From contig OX597816.1 of NCBI GenBank assembly GCA_951406725.2, forward strand, positions 58,652,001 through 58,716,000: a stretch of DNA of 64,000 bases, written 5' to 3'. Position 1 is the first letter of the stretch; each line of letters opens with the position of its first letter. Source of the stretch: Octopus vulgaris. Lineage: Eukaryota. Under the pieces are notes generated by a model, which worked only from the letters and a program-made list of their open reading frames with translations, was not told where the DNA came from and did not search any database. The translations under genes were made by a program, and so were the position numbers. Of this stretch, positions 40,770-53,874 are shown piece after piece.

Positions 40770-40957
40770 CATACAAATAAAGGTTACAAACCTCATTCAG
40801 GGATAGCAAAATCCTATAAAATTACTGGTTAGTTACCTATACAAAGAATGTTGAACATTACAGATTAATACTCAACTGCAAGGCAACAATATAAACCGTG
40901 GTTTATATATATATCTATTTATTATGATAAGATAAGAAAATAGATGTAATTAATAAA

Positions 40958-41006
40958 TTATTTATTAATTGAATTTTTGATTTATTAATTACCCCTATTT
41001 TCTCAT

Positions 41007-41040
<34 letters not shown>

Positions 41041-41093
41041 AGATGAGAAAATAGGGGGGTAATTAATAAATCAAAAATTCAATTAATAAATAA
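40958..41093. repeat. ~52-bp inverted arms around a (TA)n tract
   Basis: ttatttattaattgaatt...ttctcatctt vs aagatgagaaaat...aattaataaataa. Confidence 0.9.
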
Positions 41094-41097
41094 CAAT

Positions 41098-41161
<64 letters not shown>

Positions 41162-41280
41162 CACATATACATATACATATATATATAGTTGGAATTTACA
41201 AACAACATACAAAAAAGACGGAGACGGGTGAGTAAACAACAAACAGATTTATTAATTTAACGCTCGGGAAGTGAGAAAGT

Positions 41281-41316
41281 CTTTTTCGTTTCGAGCCTAC
41301 GCTCTTCAACAGAAAG
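41281..41316 (-). ncRNA. Minimal hammerhead-like motif with variant core
   Basis: Minus strand: cttt CTGTTGA a gagc gtag gctc GAAA cg aa aaag; lies in a ~200-bp (TA)n-bounded repeat also found at 51630-51795. Confidence 0.55.
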
Positions 41317-41468
41317 GAACAGAAGAAATAAACCAGCGAGAGAAAATAAACAAAAAGGTTTAGTGGCTAGCGATCAATCATATGTATTTATCATATATAT
41401 ATATATATATATATATATAGTATAAATATGTTACGAAAAGAAAATATAAAATTCACGTGGAAATGTAA

Positions 41469-41890
41469 GGGTAAAATATGAAAAATCAACGAAAATGCAT
41501 ATTGCAAATAGAAAAAGGCTATTTATGACAGGTAGTGACAAATATATACATTTAGATTGACTGAGGTAGTAATACGAGTCATAAAGGTCATTATTATGAG
41601 ATGATTATACGATGATGAAAAAGTAAGAGAACAAAACGACCCAATGATTTACGCGAAGGCTATTCATCGTTTGGAACCATCGTTTGGAACGATGAATAGC
41701 CTTCGCTTAAACCACTGGTTCGTTTTGTTCTCTTACTTTATTATCATCGTATAATCATCTCATAATAATGACCTTTATGACTCGTATTACTACCTCAGTC
41801 AATCTAAATGTATATATTTGTCACTACCTGTCATAAATAGCCTTTTTCTATTTGCAATATGCATTTTCGTTGATTTTTCATATTTTGCCC
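41469..41890. repeat. Long hairpin with ~200-bp arms and a short spacer, between (TA)n tracts
   Basis: gggtaaaatatgaaaaatcaacg...ctattcatcgtt vs aacgatgaatag...gatttttcatattttgccc; few mismatches. Confidence 0.93.
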
Positions 41891-42094
41891 CTATATATAT
41901 ATATATATCATACACCTTGATATTGCGTGGATTGAAATATCTATTCAGTTCACTGATATCTTCTCGCAGCGAGTTTAAGTCTACAAATTTGGTTTTATAC
42001 TTAGTACAGGTATAGAATTTAAAGAAGGTGCGAGATCCAAATCCCGCTGCATTGTAATTTACTTTCGCTTTCGAAATTACACACGTAAGGCAAA

Positions 42095-42305
42095 AAAAAT
42101 GGCGGAAACGTTGGTACGACGGAGAAAAAGCTTAGCTGCATTTCGCCCGTCTTCACGTTCTGAGTTTCAACGGAAATTCACTTTGCCTTCTACCCTTTCG
42201 GGGGTCGATAAAATAAAGTACCAGTTGAAGACTTGGGTCGATGTAATCGACTTACCCTTTCACTCGAAATTGCTGGCCTCGTACCAAAATTTGAAACCAA
42301 TATTA
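42095..42305 (+). mobile_element. SINE family B copy
   Basis: Core ctttcgggggtcgataaaataaagtaccag. Confidence 0.7.
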
Positions 42306-42489
42306 CTTACTCACAAACACCCGCACACACACACACACACACATGCGTGTGTGTCTGTCTGCGTGTGTGTGTGTGTGCGTAAAGAAACCAAAACAATTCG
42401 TGGCAAGGTTTATTTATTCGATCGGAGCTGACAGTGTCTCCATTACCACTACGATGAGGTTACAGAACAAAATCTTTCTGGCGACAGAA

Positions 42490-42602
<113 letters not shown>

Positions 42603-42686
42603 TATATATATATGATATTTATATTTAGGCATATACATATATATATATATAATATATAATATATATATGTATATATATATATATAT

Positions 42687-42734
<48 letters not shown>

Positions 42735-42862
42735 GTATATATATATATATATATATATACATGTGTGTGCGCTCACGCGTGTGTTAGTGTGTGTTTGCAT
42801 GTATATCTATATAAATACATTTGTGTATTTATGTATATGTGTTTATGTATATCTGTATATAT

Positions 42863-42945
<83 letters not shown>

Positions 42946-43283
42946 GATAGTTGTCTGCGAGTGTATATCAGTCTGTCTGTTACGAATCTAACAGTCTGTA
43001 ACAGTGTGTATGTGTTCTGCAGTATGTGTATATGGGATATCAGACTGGTTTGTCTCTGTGAAAGTCTGTCTTTGCGTCTTTGCGTGTGTCTGATTGAAGA
43101 GACAAGTACGCTTGAGTTTACTTTTCTTTGTTCCACTGTGATAAATCCATGCTGGCATGGACGTTTTTAGGTCGTCACGGTTCTAACAATGGCCGACCTT
43201 GTAACAGCGACATTTTTACTTTTTTTAAGTGGGAAGTAGTGGAAAACGCTTTTCGTTTTTGACGTCTTTCAGCTTTCATTCCC

Positions 43284-43326
<43 letters not shown>

Positions 43327-43476
43327 ACTCTCCCTCTCTCTATCTCTCATTCTCCCTCATTCTCTCTATATTCTTTTTCTTTATATCTCTGTCTCTCTCC
43401 TTCAGTCGTTTTCTTTCTTATTCCTTCTTCCTTGTTATAGATGTGTTTGTTTATTTGTATGCGTGCGTGTGTGTGA

Positions 43477-43537
<61 letters not shown>

Positions 43538-43542
43538 CAGAC

Positions 43543-43651
<109 letters not shown>

Positions 43652-43915
43652 TAGATATTCACATGCATATTTGTATGTGTATATGCATTCGTATTCGATA
43701 AAGCGAGTGAGCGCATGCGCAGCTCGAACATTTGATCGTTATAAACCAATCATCTGTGCAAGTTATTCAGCTAAGAATTACAGAACTGTCTTTTTCGGAC
43801 AGAGTGTAATTCGAGAAACTATCATAAATAATAATTCTTAACACCTCTCCATAGATTCGAACGCGAATGAATATCGTCATCTCTAGATGTTTTCCCTTTC
43901 GGCGAACCCCTTCTC

Positions 43916-44175
43916 CAGTGGTTCTTAACTGCGATCCATATGATCCTTGGTGGGGCGGGGGGGGTTCATATTAAATTTTACTTTTATAATTTATGTGCAA
44001 TCGATCGGTCATACTTCTACAATACACAGAATATTTAAACAATTTTCTTCATACAATTCCTAATAATGTTTAATTATATGAGTATAGGATCATTTTAAAC
44101 ATTAAATGGGTGTAAGGGTCCAGTGACATAGGAATCAAATGGGATCCATATGTATAAAATGGTTGGAATCCACTG
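43916..44175. mobile_element. Degenerate hAT-like MITE
   Basis: Ends cagtggttcttaac / gttggaatccactg; no intact TSD. Confidence 0.45.
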
Positions 44176-45237
44176 TTTTAGGCGATGTGTGTTCATGACA
44201 CGCTCGATTCACTGATATAAGGAGATTTTGAAACATCGTGATGTTTCGACTTTGTTGTGTCACTTCAGTGAAAGTTATCCAGGATCAATGGAACGAAACG
44301 TGAGCGATGGCTTTTGTTTATGAGATTCAGCAAACTATTTACTGTTGCGCGCTGATATCTCCCAACACGATAGTAAATTACTATGTACATGTTGAACAGG
44401 GAGAATTAAAACAATCATGGATATATTCTTTCTTAATCCGTTCCGGCAGATGGGACGTGGATGAGTATGTTAATCGTCTAAAAAAGAAGCAATCTTGCAG
44501 ATTACTCCGTCTTTTAAGCAGTTTCCTGTTAACAGATATGACTTTGAATCTGTGTCTATTTTCGGCTGTAGTGTGTGGGTGTAGCTATTGGTTTATTTAT
44601 AGACAGAATGGAGTATTTTCGGGATTTAGGACAGCTGTAGCAAACTTTTGTGTTGTTTCTATTGAGTAACTTGTGGTATTCATGGTGGGTTGAGACGTGT
44701 TTAGTGATTAGTTTTATTTTCCATCAATATTTATCACAAATTTGGCTTTCTGCCAAATTTAAAACCAATACGTATCACAAAGATGTGAACGACGAGGTGA
44801 AAGATGTGATGTTTATTTTCCTGTTTGTCTGTCTGTTTGTCACTTTGTATGTTTTATGGGTTTTTTTTAATTTCTCACCAATGTAGCAAAGGCCGGTTTC
44901 TAGAACATAAAATCTTTCACTGGAAATTAAGCATTAATGTGTATATGAACACGTTCGTATATATATTGAAATATGTTTGTATTTACGCATGTATGCTTAT
45001 ATCTTGACATACATATAAAATACATATACATACATCTACGATATACACACGCACACACACGAACATACACATACACACTCGTGCACAGGCGTGCATATAT
45101 ATACTTACATAAATGTACTTGATAGTTGCAACTAGATTTCAAGCCATGCCATCGCTCGATTGTTCTCTGAAACGAGAGCGGTACAGATGCAGCTTTCAGC
45201 CCGACACTCTTTTGCAGAGAGCCTACCACCCACGCTG

Positions 45238-45317
<80 letters not shown>

Positions 45318-45327
45318 TATATAATAT

Positions 45328-46065
45328 ATGGTCTCCTCTACTGTCGATGACCTCATCTCGTCCTCCTGTCTCCCCCACACCACATCCAACCTCATTGTCC
45401 GAACCCCACGCACCCCCACCATTTACTCCCTCCCCCAAATCCACAAACCCAACAACCCTGGCCGCCCCATCGTCTCCGCCTGTAACTGCCCCACCGAGCT
45501 TATCTCAAAATACCTCGACCTTGTCCTTGGCCCCCTAGTGGCTTCTCTTCCTTCTCGCATCCACGACACCAACCATGCTCTTCGTCTTTTCAACTCTTTC
45601 TCCTTTCCTCTTGGCCCCTCCAAACATCTCTTTACAATAGACATCCAGAGCCTCTATACCGTGATCCCTCACCACGAAGGACTGCGTGCACTTAAACACT
45701 TCCTTGACCTAGGTCCCAACCCCGAACCCGACACCTCCACACTCGTTCGTCTGGCCGAACTTGTCCTTTCTCTCAACTGCTTCTCGTTCGCGGGCGAGTT
45801 CTACCAACAGTCTCAGAGTGGCCATGGGAACGAGAACGGGCCCCAACTATGCGAACCTGTTCGTTGGCTATGTTGAGGTCCAAATATTCTCTAGGTTCAC
45901 TGGACCCACTCCCGAACTATACAGCCGTTATATTGACGACTGTATTGGTGCTACCTCACTCTCCCGCAAACATCTAGACTCCTTCCTCTCTTTCGTCAAC
46001 TCCTTCAATCCTGCCCTCCACTTCTCCGGCACTATCTCTGACACCTCTGTCTCCTTTCTTGACGC
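45328..46065 (+). pseudogene. Penelope-like element (probably Neptune-type) reverse transcriptase fragment with one frameshift
   Basis: YSLPQIHKPNNPGRPIVS, DIQSLYTVIP, NCFSFAGEFYQQ / VAMGTRTGPNYANLFVG, RYIDDC and VSFLD are PLE RT motifs; starts at the edge of (TA)n. Confidence 0.92.
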
Positions 46066-46178
46066 CAAGCAAATTACTTTTTTTGCTAAAGAAATTTTGA
46101 AACCTATGTCTGACGGATTAAAATAACAAGATAGAAGTTAATAATTTTCATTCCTTTTGAAGATTGCTCATAAATGTG

Positions 46179-46282
46179 TTTTTTCATGATATTTACCTTC
46201 GACTTTTTTGATACAAATTTTTGTTGCATGGGACCAAAACTATTAAATTCTTCGTGCTTTCTCCTATCATTGAAGCTAAGAT

Positions 46283-46349
<67 letters not shown>

Positions 46350-46397
46350 TACATATATATATACATATACATATACATACATACACATACACAAACA

Positions 46398-46489
<92 letters not shown>

Positions 46490-46876
46490 TCAACCACAGC
46501 AGTAGTTGAATAATATTCTTAAGGCTGCAATTTACTCATATGCAGCATCTTTCAGAGCTTGTCGCTAATTCAGTTCTTAACCAAATGGAAAACTGTTAGC
46601 ATTTTTGAAGAGGGCTGGTCCCTAGCTATATTTTTGCATAAAAAATTGAGATTTAGTCTTGTAGAAAAAAGTTTACATCAAAATTTGTAGCAATGTTATA
46701 GGAGAGTAAGTAACGCCAACAATCAAGTTTAGGTCTAAATAACTTTTTTTATTTTAAAAACAAAATATATCCATCTTAGCTTCAATGATAGGAGAAAGCA
46801 CGAAGAATTTAATAGTTTTGGTCCCATGCAACAAAAATTTGTATCAAAAAAGTCGAAGGTAAATATCATGAAAAAA
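46179..46876. repeat. ~110-bp near-perfect inverted arms (46179-46290 vs 46765-46876)
   Basis: ttttttcatgatatttacc...gctaagatggatatat vs atatatccatcttagc...atatcatgaaaaaa; the left arm ends in (TA)n. Confidence 0.93.
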
Positions 46877-47225
46877 TTGGATTTAAGTATAATGAACTTT
46901 TTATTTTAAAAACAAACTATATCTTAATTAAACTTAAATGATTCAGCTCAATTCAAGTAATTTCATGGTATCAGTCTCATGCAATGAAGTTTTAAAAGAA
47001 AAAAGTTATGAGTATTTGTTTCTCAAATTTGAGGGTGATAATACAGTTCTATACTTTTTTATGAATATAGTTCTATAAGGGGACTTTTAATATATGTCAC
47101 CGGCTTTATTGAGGTAAAGAAAAAAATTATCGACGACACAGCTAATTGACACATTTGACACATTATTAATTAGCATAATGGAATAGCCTGGAAAAAACAT
47201 GGATTAAATGGAAAAATGAAAGCAA

Positions 47226-48038
47226 GAGAAGTAATATTCTTAAGATTGTAAACCTGGAAAAGTACAGAAGTTATTATACTTGGAAAAGTTCAGGACAAGT
47301 TATTACATCTGGTGAGAACAAGAAAATTTTTACTTAAAATATTGCGGCTAAGGATAAAATTTGGATATTAAAAATTATTTGATTTTAATTTACAGAGTAA
47401 CATTATAATTTAAAAACACTTAAACAATTATAATTTAATAACACTTAAAAAATGAGAGCCAGAAGTGCCAATATAGCTAACGTTTTATGCAAAGCAGAAT
47501 AGCATATGTGGTAGGCAAATTCATTATGTGAAAAATAAGTATTGGGTCAAGACTAAAAACGTGAAGACTTGGCAATAACTTAGGCAATAACTCGAGCAAA
47601 TCTTACTGTGAATTTGTCGTTATAGGTAGATTTTACTGTAATATATAACTAAATTTTGTATTATTCTACTTATTGTACTAACTAATTATGTACTACTATT
47701 GTTTTTTATAACCAATTTTCAAATTTCTAATTATTAATTTATAATTGAAAAAATGAATTTTTTCAAGGTACAAAAACATTTTGAGTTATTCTATATTTTT
47801 AATGGAAGTAACAAGTAATAACAAACAGAAGTAATAATTTGTAATAAAAGTTTTTGTTTTAATGAAAGCTATTTTCTAAATCTAAATATTTTATTTGAAA
47901 TTTTATCCTTAGCTGCAATATTTTAAGTAAAAATTTTCTTGTTCTGTACTTTACCAGATGTAATAACTAATCCTGAACTTTTCCAAATGTAATAATTTGT
48001 CCTGTACTTTTCTAGAATATTACGAATATTACTTCTCT
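47226..48038. repeat. ~145-bp diverged inverted arms (47226-47372 vs 47898-48038)
   Basis: acaagaaaatttttacttaaaatattgcggctaaggataaaattt vs aaattttatccttagctgcaatattttaagtaaaaattttcttgt. Confidence 0.85.
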
Positions 48039-48152
48039 TACTCGAATTTTCCCACAGATATAACATCCTTACGTATCTCACGTCTGTTCTCATTCCTCCA
48101 CTTCACTCTGTATTTCATATCTTCTCTATAATAACCATTACTTTCTTGCACT

Positions 48153-48200
48153 GTCTCTGATGAAGGGATATATAAAATACCCCGGAAACAGCTGTAAAAC
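48153..48200 (+). ncRNA. Type-I hammerhead ribozyme motif
   Basis: gtct CTGATGA a gggatat ataaa atacccc g GAAA cagctg TA aaac; palindromic stem III, one stem I mismatch. Confidence 0.7.
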
Positions 48201-48405
48201 CTTTTTATAAATGTTTTGAAAACTTTCACAGCCTTGGATTTTTTTTTTTATCTCATCCTGTTAATTTGTACATATGTATGTGACCGCGTGTGTGTCGTTG
48301 GTGAATTTTTTTCTCCGTCTTCCCTTCCTTGGATCTTTCTTTTTTTTATGTTTCTGACGAAAATCTCCTCTTGAAACATTAAACCCTCCTTCTTTCCTAT
48401 ATATA

Positions 48406-48497
<92 letters not shown>

Positions 48498-49126
48498 ATG
48501 TATGTATGTATGTATGTATGTATGTATGTATGTATGTATGTATGTATGTATGTATTGGTGCGTCTTGGGAGAGTCATAAAGCCCATAATAATGACACAAG
48601 CACAGGTAGAGTGTCGCTTCTTTATTGCTAGTCAATTGTTTAAGTAATTAACTAATTAACTAATCGATTGTTTGTTTAATGTACCGATTAAGCAATCAAT
48701 CAGTTTGTTAATCAATGTTCTTTCGTCACAGTTCGTGACCTTTTCAATGACTCTGAAGCTGCCCCTGTCGCTTCAAGGTTTGCTTTCTATACAAAAATAA
48801 AGTGCACACATACTCACTCACACATAAGCACAAATACACACACACACACTCATGTATATTTTATCCTTTACTTTTTATTTGCTGAAGCCATTCTGGACAC
48901 AAACCTGCATTTTTAGTCGAACAAATCGACCTCCTCGACACTAGAGTTTTAAGTCTGGTGCTTGTCCTGTTGGACACTTTTGCCGTACTAAGTTACGAGG
49001 ACGTGAGCAAACCAATACCGGCTGTTAAACAGTGGTGGGAACAACAGAAATACAAGGACACACACACATGCAATTATATATACATATCTATCTATCTATC
49101 TATCATCTCTCTCATTCTCTCTCTCT

Positions 49127-49192
<66 letters not shown>

Positions 49193-49280
49193 GTATGTAT
49201 ATATATAAATGTGATCACGTGTGTACCGTTGGCGATTTTTTTCCTCCGTCTTCCCTTCTCTGGATCTTTCCTTTACTTGT

Positions 49281-49315
49281 GTTTCTGATGAAGAGCTCCG
49301 CTTGAAACGTTAAAC
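49281..49315 (+). ncRNA. Minimal type-I hammerhead motif; degenerate paralogue at 48350-48384
   Basis: gttt CTGATGA a gagc tcc gctt GAAA cg TT aaac; stem I gttt/aaac; in a (TA)n-bounded ~200-bp repeat. Confidence 0.75.
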
Positions 49316-49414
49316 CCCCCTTCTTCCTTTCCTTCCTGAGCGTCCAATAATACTATATTTGTTCCACGTCCTCGCGTTGTTGTGGTTTCTCTTTGTGTTT
49401 TCATGTTTGGATTA

Positions 49415-49598
<184 letters not shown>

Positions 49599-50109
49599 TG
49601 CAGTTAAGTATATGTCCGGTCATACAGTGACCAGTGGTTTCGCTTCCGTAAAGGGCTTCGCCCCATGGACTACTCGTCAGACTCTCTCTATATATATGAG
49701 GGGTTTCTCCGTAGTTTCCTTCTACCAAATTCACCCACAAGGTATTATTGAGTCCGCGAAATCGGACTGAACCAGAAAACACATGGTTCGTAGTGAAGAA
49801 AAACAGGAAGTTAAACGAAATACTTAATGGAATTAGCTCAGTGTTGGTGTATTTATTTCAAATACAATGACTCACACAAAATTTACTTTCATTCTTTTTA
49901 TGTCATGAATTTTCAATAAGAACTGTTACTGTTTTTATTTTTTCTTTATATTTCATATTAAAAACTTTTTCACCCTCAAACATTCATTGCTGTTACCATT
50001 GCTTTTATCGCCCTAATTATATAACATTACTGCTTTGAAACCACATAATATTACGAGCATGAGCCGAATACCTCAGCTACGAAGTCACACGCCTTCACCT
50101 ATTCTTGGA

Positions 50110-50450
50110 TGACGAAAACTGCTTCCCAACCATGTAGTTACGGGTTCATTCCCACGGCACAGCATCCTGGGCAAGTGTCTTTTACAATAGCCCCAGGCTG
50201 GCCAAAGCCTTGAGCATGAATTTGGTTGATGGAAACTGAAAAGAAGCTCATTAGCTACGTGCATGTGGCACTTTTTGTTTGTGTTGTCCTGCACCAGCGC
50301 CACCAGCACTTGACAACCGATAATTGTTCCATCTCCGTAACTAGCGGTTTGGCAAAAGAGACCGATAGAATAAATACCAGGTTTACCAATAGGTATTGGG
50401 GCCTATGTGTTCGACGAAACCCTGCAGTCCAATAAATAGAAGAAAACAAT
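50110..50450 (+). mobile_element. Old SINE family A copy (another partial copy at 51127-51295)
   Basis: ctgggcaagtgtc, ggaaactgaaaagaagc and ggcaaaagagaccgatagaataa. Confidence 0.75.
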
Positions 50451-50854
50451 TACAGGTAATTTAGGGTTCATGCAATCTTTCATCAGAGGTTTTCAGACTT
50501 GTATAAAACCAGATCGGGGCCCGTGTTTTGATCCATGAGTATCTTCCTATTCCTAAACATTACGTCATTATGCACTCTGGTCATATCAATTATTACAAAT
50601 GAAGATCTCGTGTTACAGAATTTCCAACCTAAATAGCAACAACCAGCTGCTCTGTCACGCTTGTGTAGACATTAAAGTGCTGTTGCTTTTTTTGTCTTGT
50701 TTCGTTTGGTGATATTGTTGTCTGTTTATGCTTTTAATAGGATTGTACTTGTTTACTTATAATATATACGTAATATATACATATTATACATAACACGTAC
50801 AACAATCTACCCCTTATACACATCGTAAACTCCATATATAGACATGCTAAATAG

Positions 50855-50891
<37 letters not shown>

Positions 50892-51538
50892 GCAAGCAAA
50901 AGAAAAGAAAAAAAAAGCAAAAGAAAAGAAAAAAAAGACACCCGAAATGCAGCATTCTTCAGGCAACATTCTTTTCTATTTTTCTGTTTTTTTAAACTAA
51001 ATTGTTTCACGTGCCATCGTATTTTCTCGACCTGCTGGAAATACCACCGAAGTTAAAATATCTCCAGAAACAAAAAAAATAAAAATACAAAGAATAAATT
51101 ATATAATGTAGCCTTTATATATACTAAGGCGCAGACATGGCTCTGGTTAAGAAGCTCGCTTCGCAAACACATGATTTCCGGTTCAGTCCCACTGCACAAC
51201 ACCTTGAGAAAAGTGCCTTCTATGATAGACCGGGGTCGACCAATGTCTTGTGAGTGAATTTGTTCCAAAGAAACTGTGGACGCCCGTCGTATATATTTAA
51301 ATGCCAGTGCAAAAAAATAAATACACCTGATACAATCACAATATTTAAAGAAAGACTTTCTTAAAAGTTATTAAATTATTTGTTTTTGTTTCAAACACAA
51401 GAACTGTTTAGAAAGAAGTCTTCACGTGATGAGCCTTTTGTGTTAAGCGCTTTCGTCAATTAACTTTTAAATCTGTTATGCGTTAATCCATAGAATAACT
51501 TTTCAGAAAATCTGTCTTTATGTATATACATACATACA

Positions 51539-51608
<70 letters not shown>

Positions 51609-51717
51609 CACATATACACATACATAGAGAGAGTTTGCGAAAAAAGCAAAAGACGAAGACAGGTGGTGTACAAAACAAATAACTGTATTAGTATTAACGC
51701 TCAGGAATAGTAAAAGT

Positions 51718-51753
51718 CTTTTACGTTTCGAGCCTCCGCTCTTCTACAGAAAG
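51718..51753 (-). ncRNA. Minimal hammerhead-like motif with variant core
   Basis: Minus strand: cttt CTGTAGA a gagc ggag gctc GAAA cg TA aaag. Confidence 0.6.
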
Positions 51754-51791
51754 TGACACAGAAAAAACAAGGAGAGAAACAAAGAGAGAAC

Positions 51792-51872
<81 letters not shown>

Positions 51873-52539
51873 CATATACATACATATAGTTGTGTCTGGG
51901 GAGAGTCATTCTCTTTTAGTGCCTTCTAATTTAACACACTCACCGGTAAAATTTCCACTTATTTCTTTTCTATTTTTCTAAAATTTTCGTTGCGTCTTGC
52001 AAAAGAGAATGACTCTCCCCAGACACAACAGAATATGCTTCAACACACGAACTCACATAAAGAATCTTGCTAACGAAATCCCAAAACGAAATATATATAT
52101 ACAATAAACAGCAGACTTTAAAAAAATAAAATTCCTGGGGTTGATTTGTTCAACTAGAACTCTTAAAGTTAGTGCTCCAGTACGGCCACAGTCCAGTGAC
52201 TGAAACAAATAAAAGATAAAAGAGAATATGTCTTAAAATGAATAACGTATTAGCCATGGCTGGAATGTCTTTAAAACTTTGTCTGTTGGATCAGGGCTGA
52301 CGTTGAGATTATCAAAAGCAACGGACCCACTATAAAAAAAGTCGATTTATTGAGATATTTCTTGATAGTAAACTTTTGGTTAACTCAGCTGTTATCCAAG
52401 ACATCTATATGTAAAAGTTTAGGTTTCTCTCACTGCAGATGTTGCGTAATATAAAGAAAAGTATTGACTGTTTTAGAAATTATTATTATTATTATTATTT
52501 TTTTATTTTTATTATTATTATTACTTTTTTTTTTTCTTC

Positions 52540-53650
52540 TTTCAAATTTTCTTCCATTTCTTGCCGAGTGTCTTCCCGACTCCTAGGGCAAAGAAACTCA
52601 TAGTGTATATTGGTAGGCCATTAAACCAAACTCAGTAGTTCGTTCATTTTTTTTTTTTTTTTTTTTTTTTTTAAGTTAAATTAAAATACATGAGCAGCAA
52701 CAGTTCTCACATCGACAATGCTCTTCTCAATATGTGTGATGTACCAGTTAAGACAATCTTTTGCACTTCTTGCAGGGATGGTAAGCCAGGGATCATTCTC
52801 ATATAATTTTCGGTTCCCTTCTTGATCATTCCTAGTGCTCCTACGATCACTGGTATTGTAATCGCCTTGAGATGCCACATTTTCTCAATTTCAATGAGTA
52901 GGTCTTTATATTTTCTGAGCTTGTCAAACTCTTTCGCTGAGATATTATGATCACAGGGGATGCTCATGTCGATCAATAAGCAAACTTTATTGTTTTGGTC
53001 TTTCACAACAATATCTGGTTTATTGGCCTTGATGGTTCGGTCTGTATGTACTGGAAAGTCCCACAGAATGGTTACATTTTCTCCTTCAGTTACAGCCTCA
53101 GGGTGGTGATTATACCACTTGTCGGCAGTTTTGATATTGTAATGCCGACTTATTAGCCAGTGGAGATATTGGCCAACTCTGTCATGTCTTAATTTATACT
53201 CCACTGGTGCTAAAACTTTACATCCAGAGATTAGGTGGTCCACTGTTTCAATCATGTCGTTGCAGAATCGGCATTTTGGGTCTGCTCCATTTTTCATTAC
53301 ATTGGCCTGGTAGTTCCGGGTTAATAGGCTTTGGTCTTGAGCAGCCAGGATGAAACCTTCGCTCTCTGCTTTTAGCCCTGAGCTCCGCAGCCACTGATGG
53401 GTTTGCTCTGGGCAACATCAGCTTGTTTGCTGCGGGTCACATATTTGCCGTGCAGAGGTTTCTCCTCCCACCTATCAGCCAATTGCTCGTGCGCTTTTTT
53501 CATTGCCATCATTTTCACCTTCTTTGCAACAATAGTTGCCGTACTTCCCTCGGGTTGTTCAGTTTGGGTATCCTGCACGAGATCAATAGCAAATTTTTTG
53601 CTTTCCTTGATGATAGAATGAAGCTTCTTTCGTCTCTCGTGATTTTCCAC
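52540..53650 (-). pseudogene. 5'-truncated R4/Dong-like element (subfamily C)
   Basis: WEEKPLHGKY, CRFCNDMIETVDHLISGC, RHDRVG, KPDIVV...KYKDLLIEI; one frameshift; (TAA)n on both sides. Confidence 0.93.
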
Positions 53651-53716
<66 letters not shown>

Positions 53717-53874
53717 CATTGTCATTTACTTTTAATCTGCATGTTTGATGCAATCACCTGCCGGGGCACACCCAGCGCCCTAGGGCAAGTGAAGGTTAAG
53801 AGTTGTTGAAATATAGCTGAAAGCTTGGGGAGGGGAAGTAGAGATATATCTCCATGTAATGCAAACACAGACAT

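Noticed and set aside
41685-41725. Hammerhead at the centre of the 41469-41890 hairpin
   Set aside because: Core reads acgatga...taaa with no CUGA or GAAA; cannot be supported.
44307-44669. 120-aa ORF in unique sequence
   Set aside because: No recognisable domain or supporting splice pattern; its length is compatible with chance.
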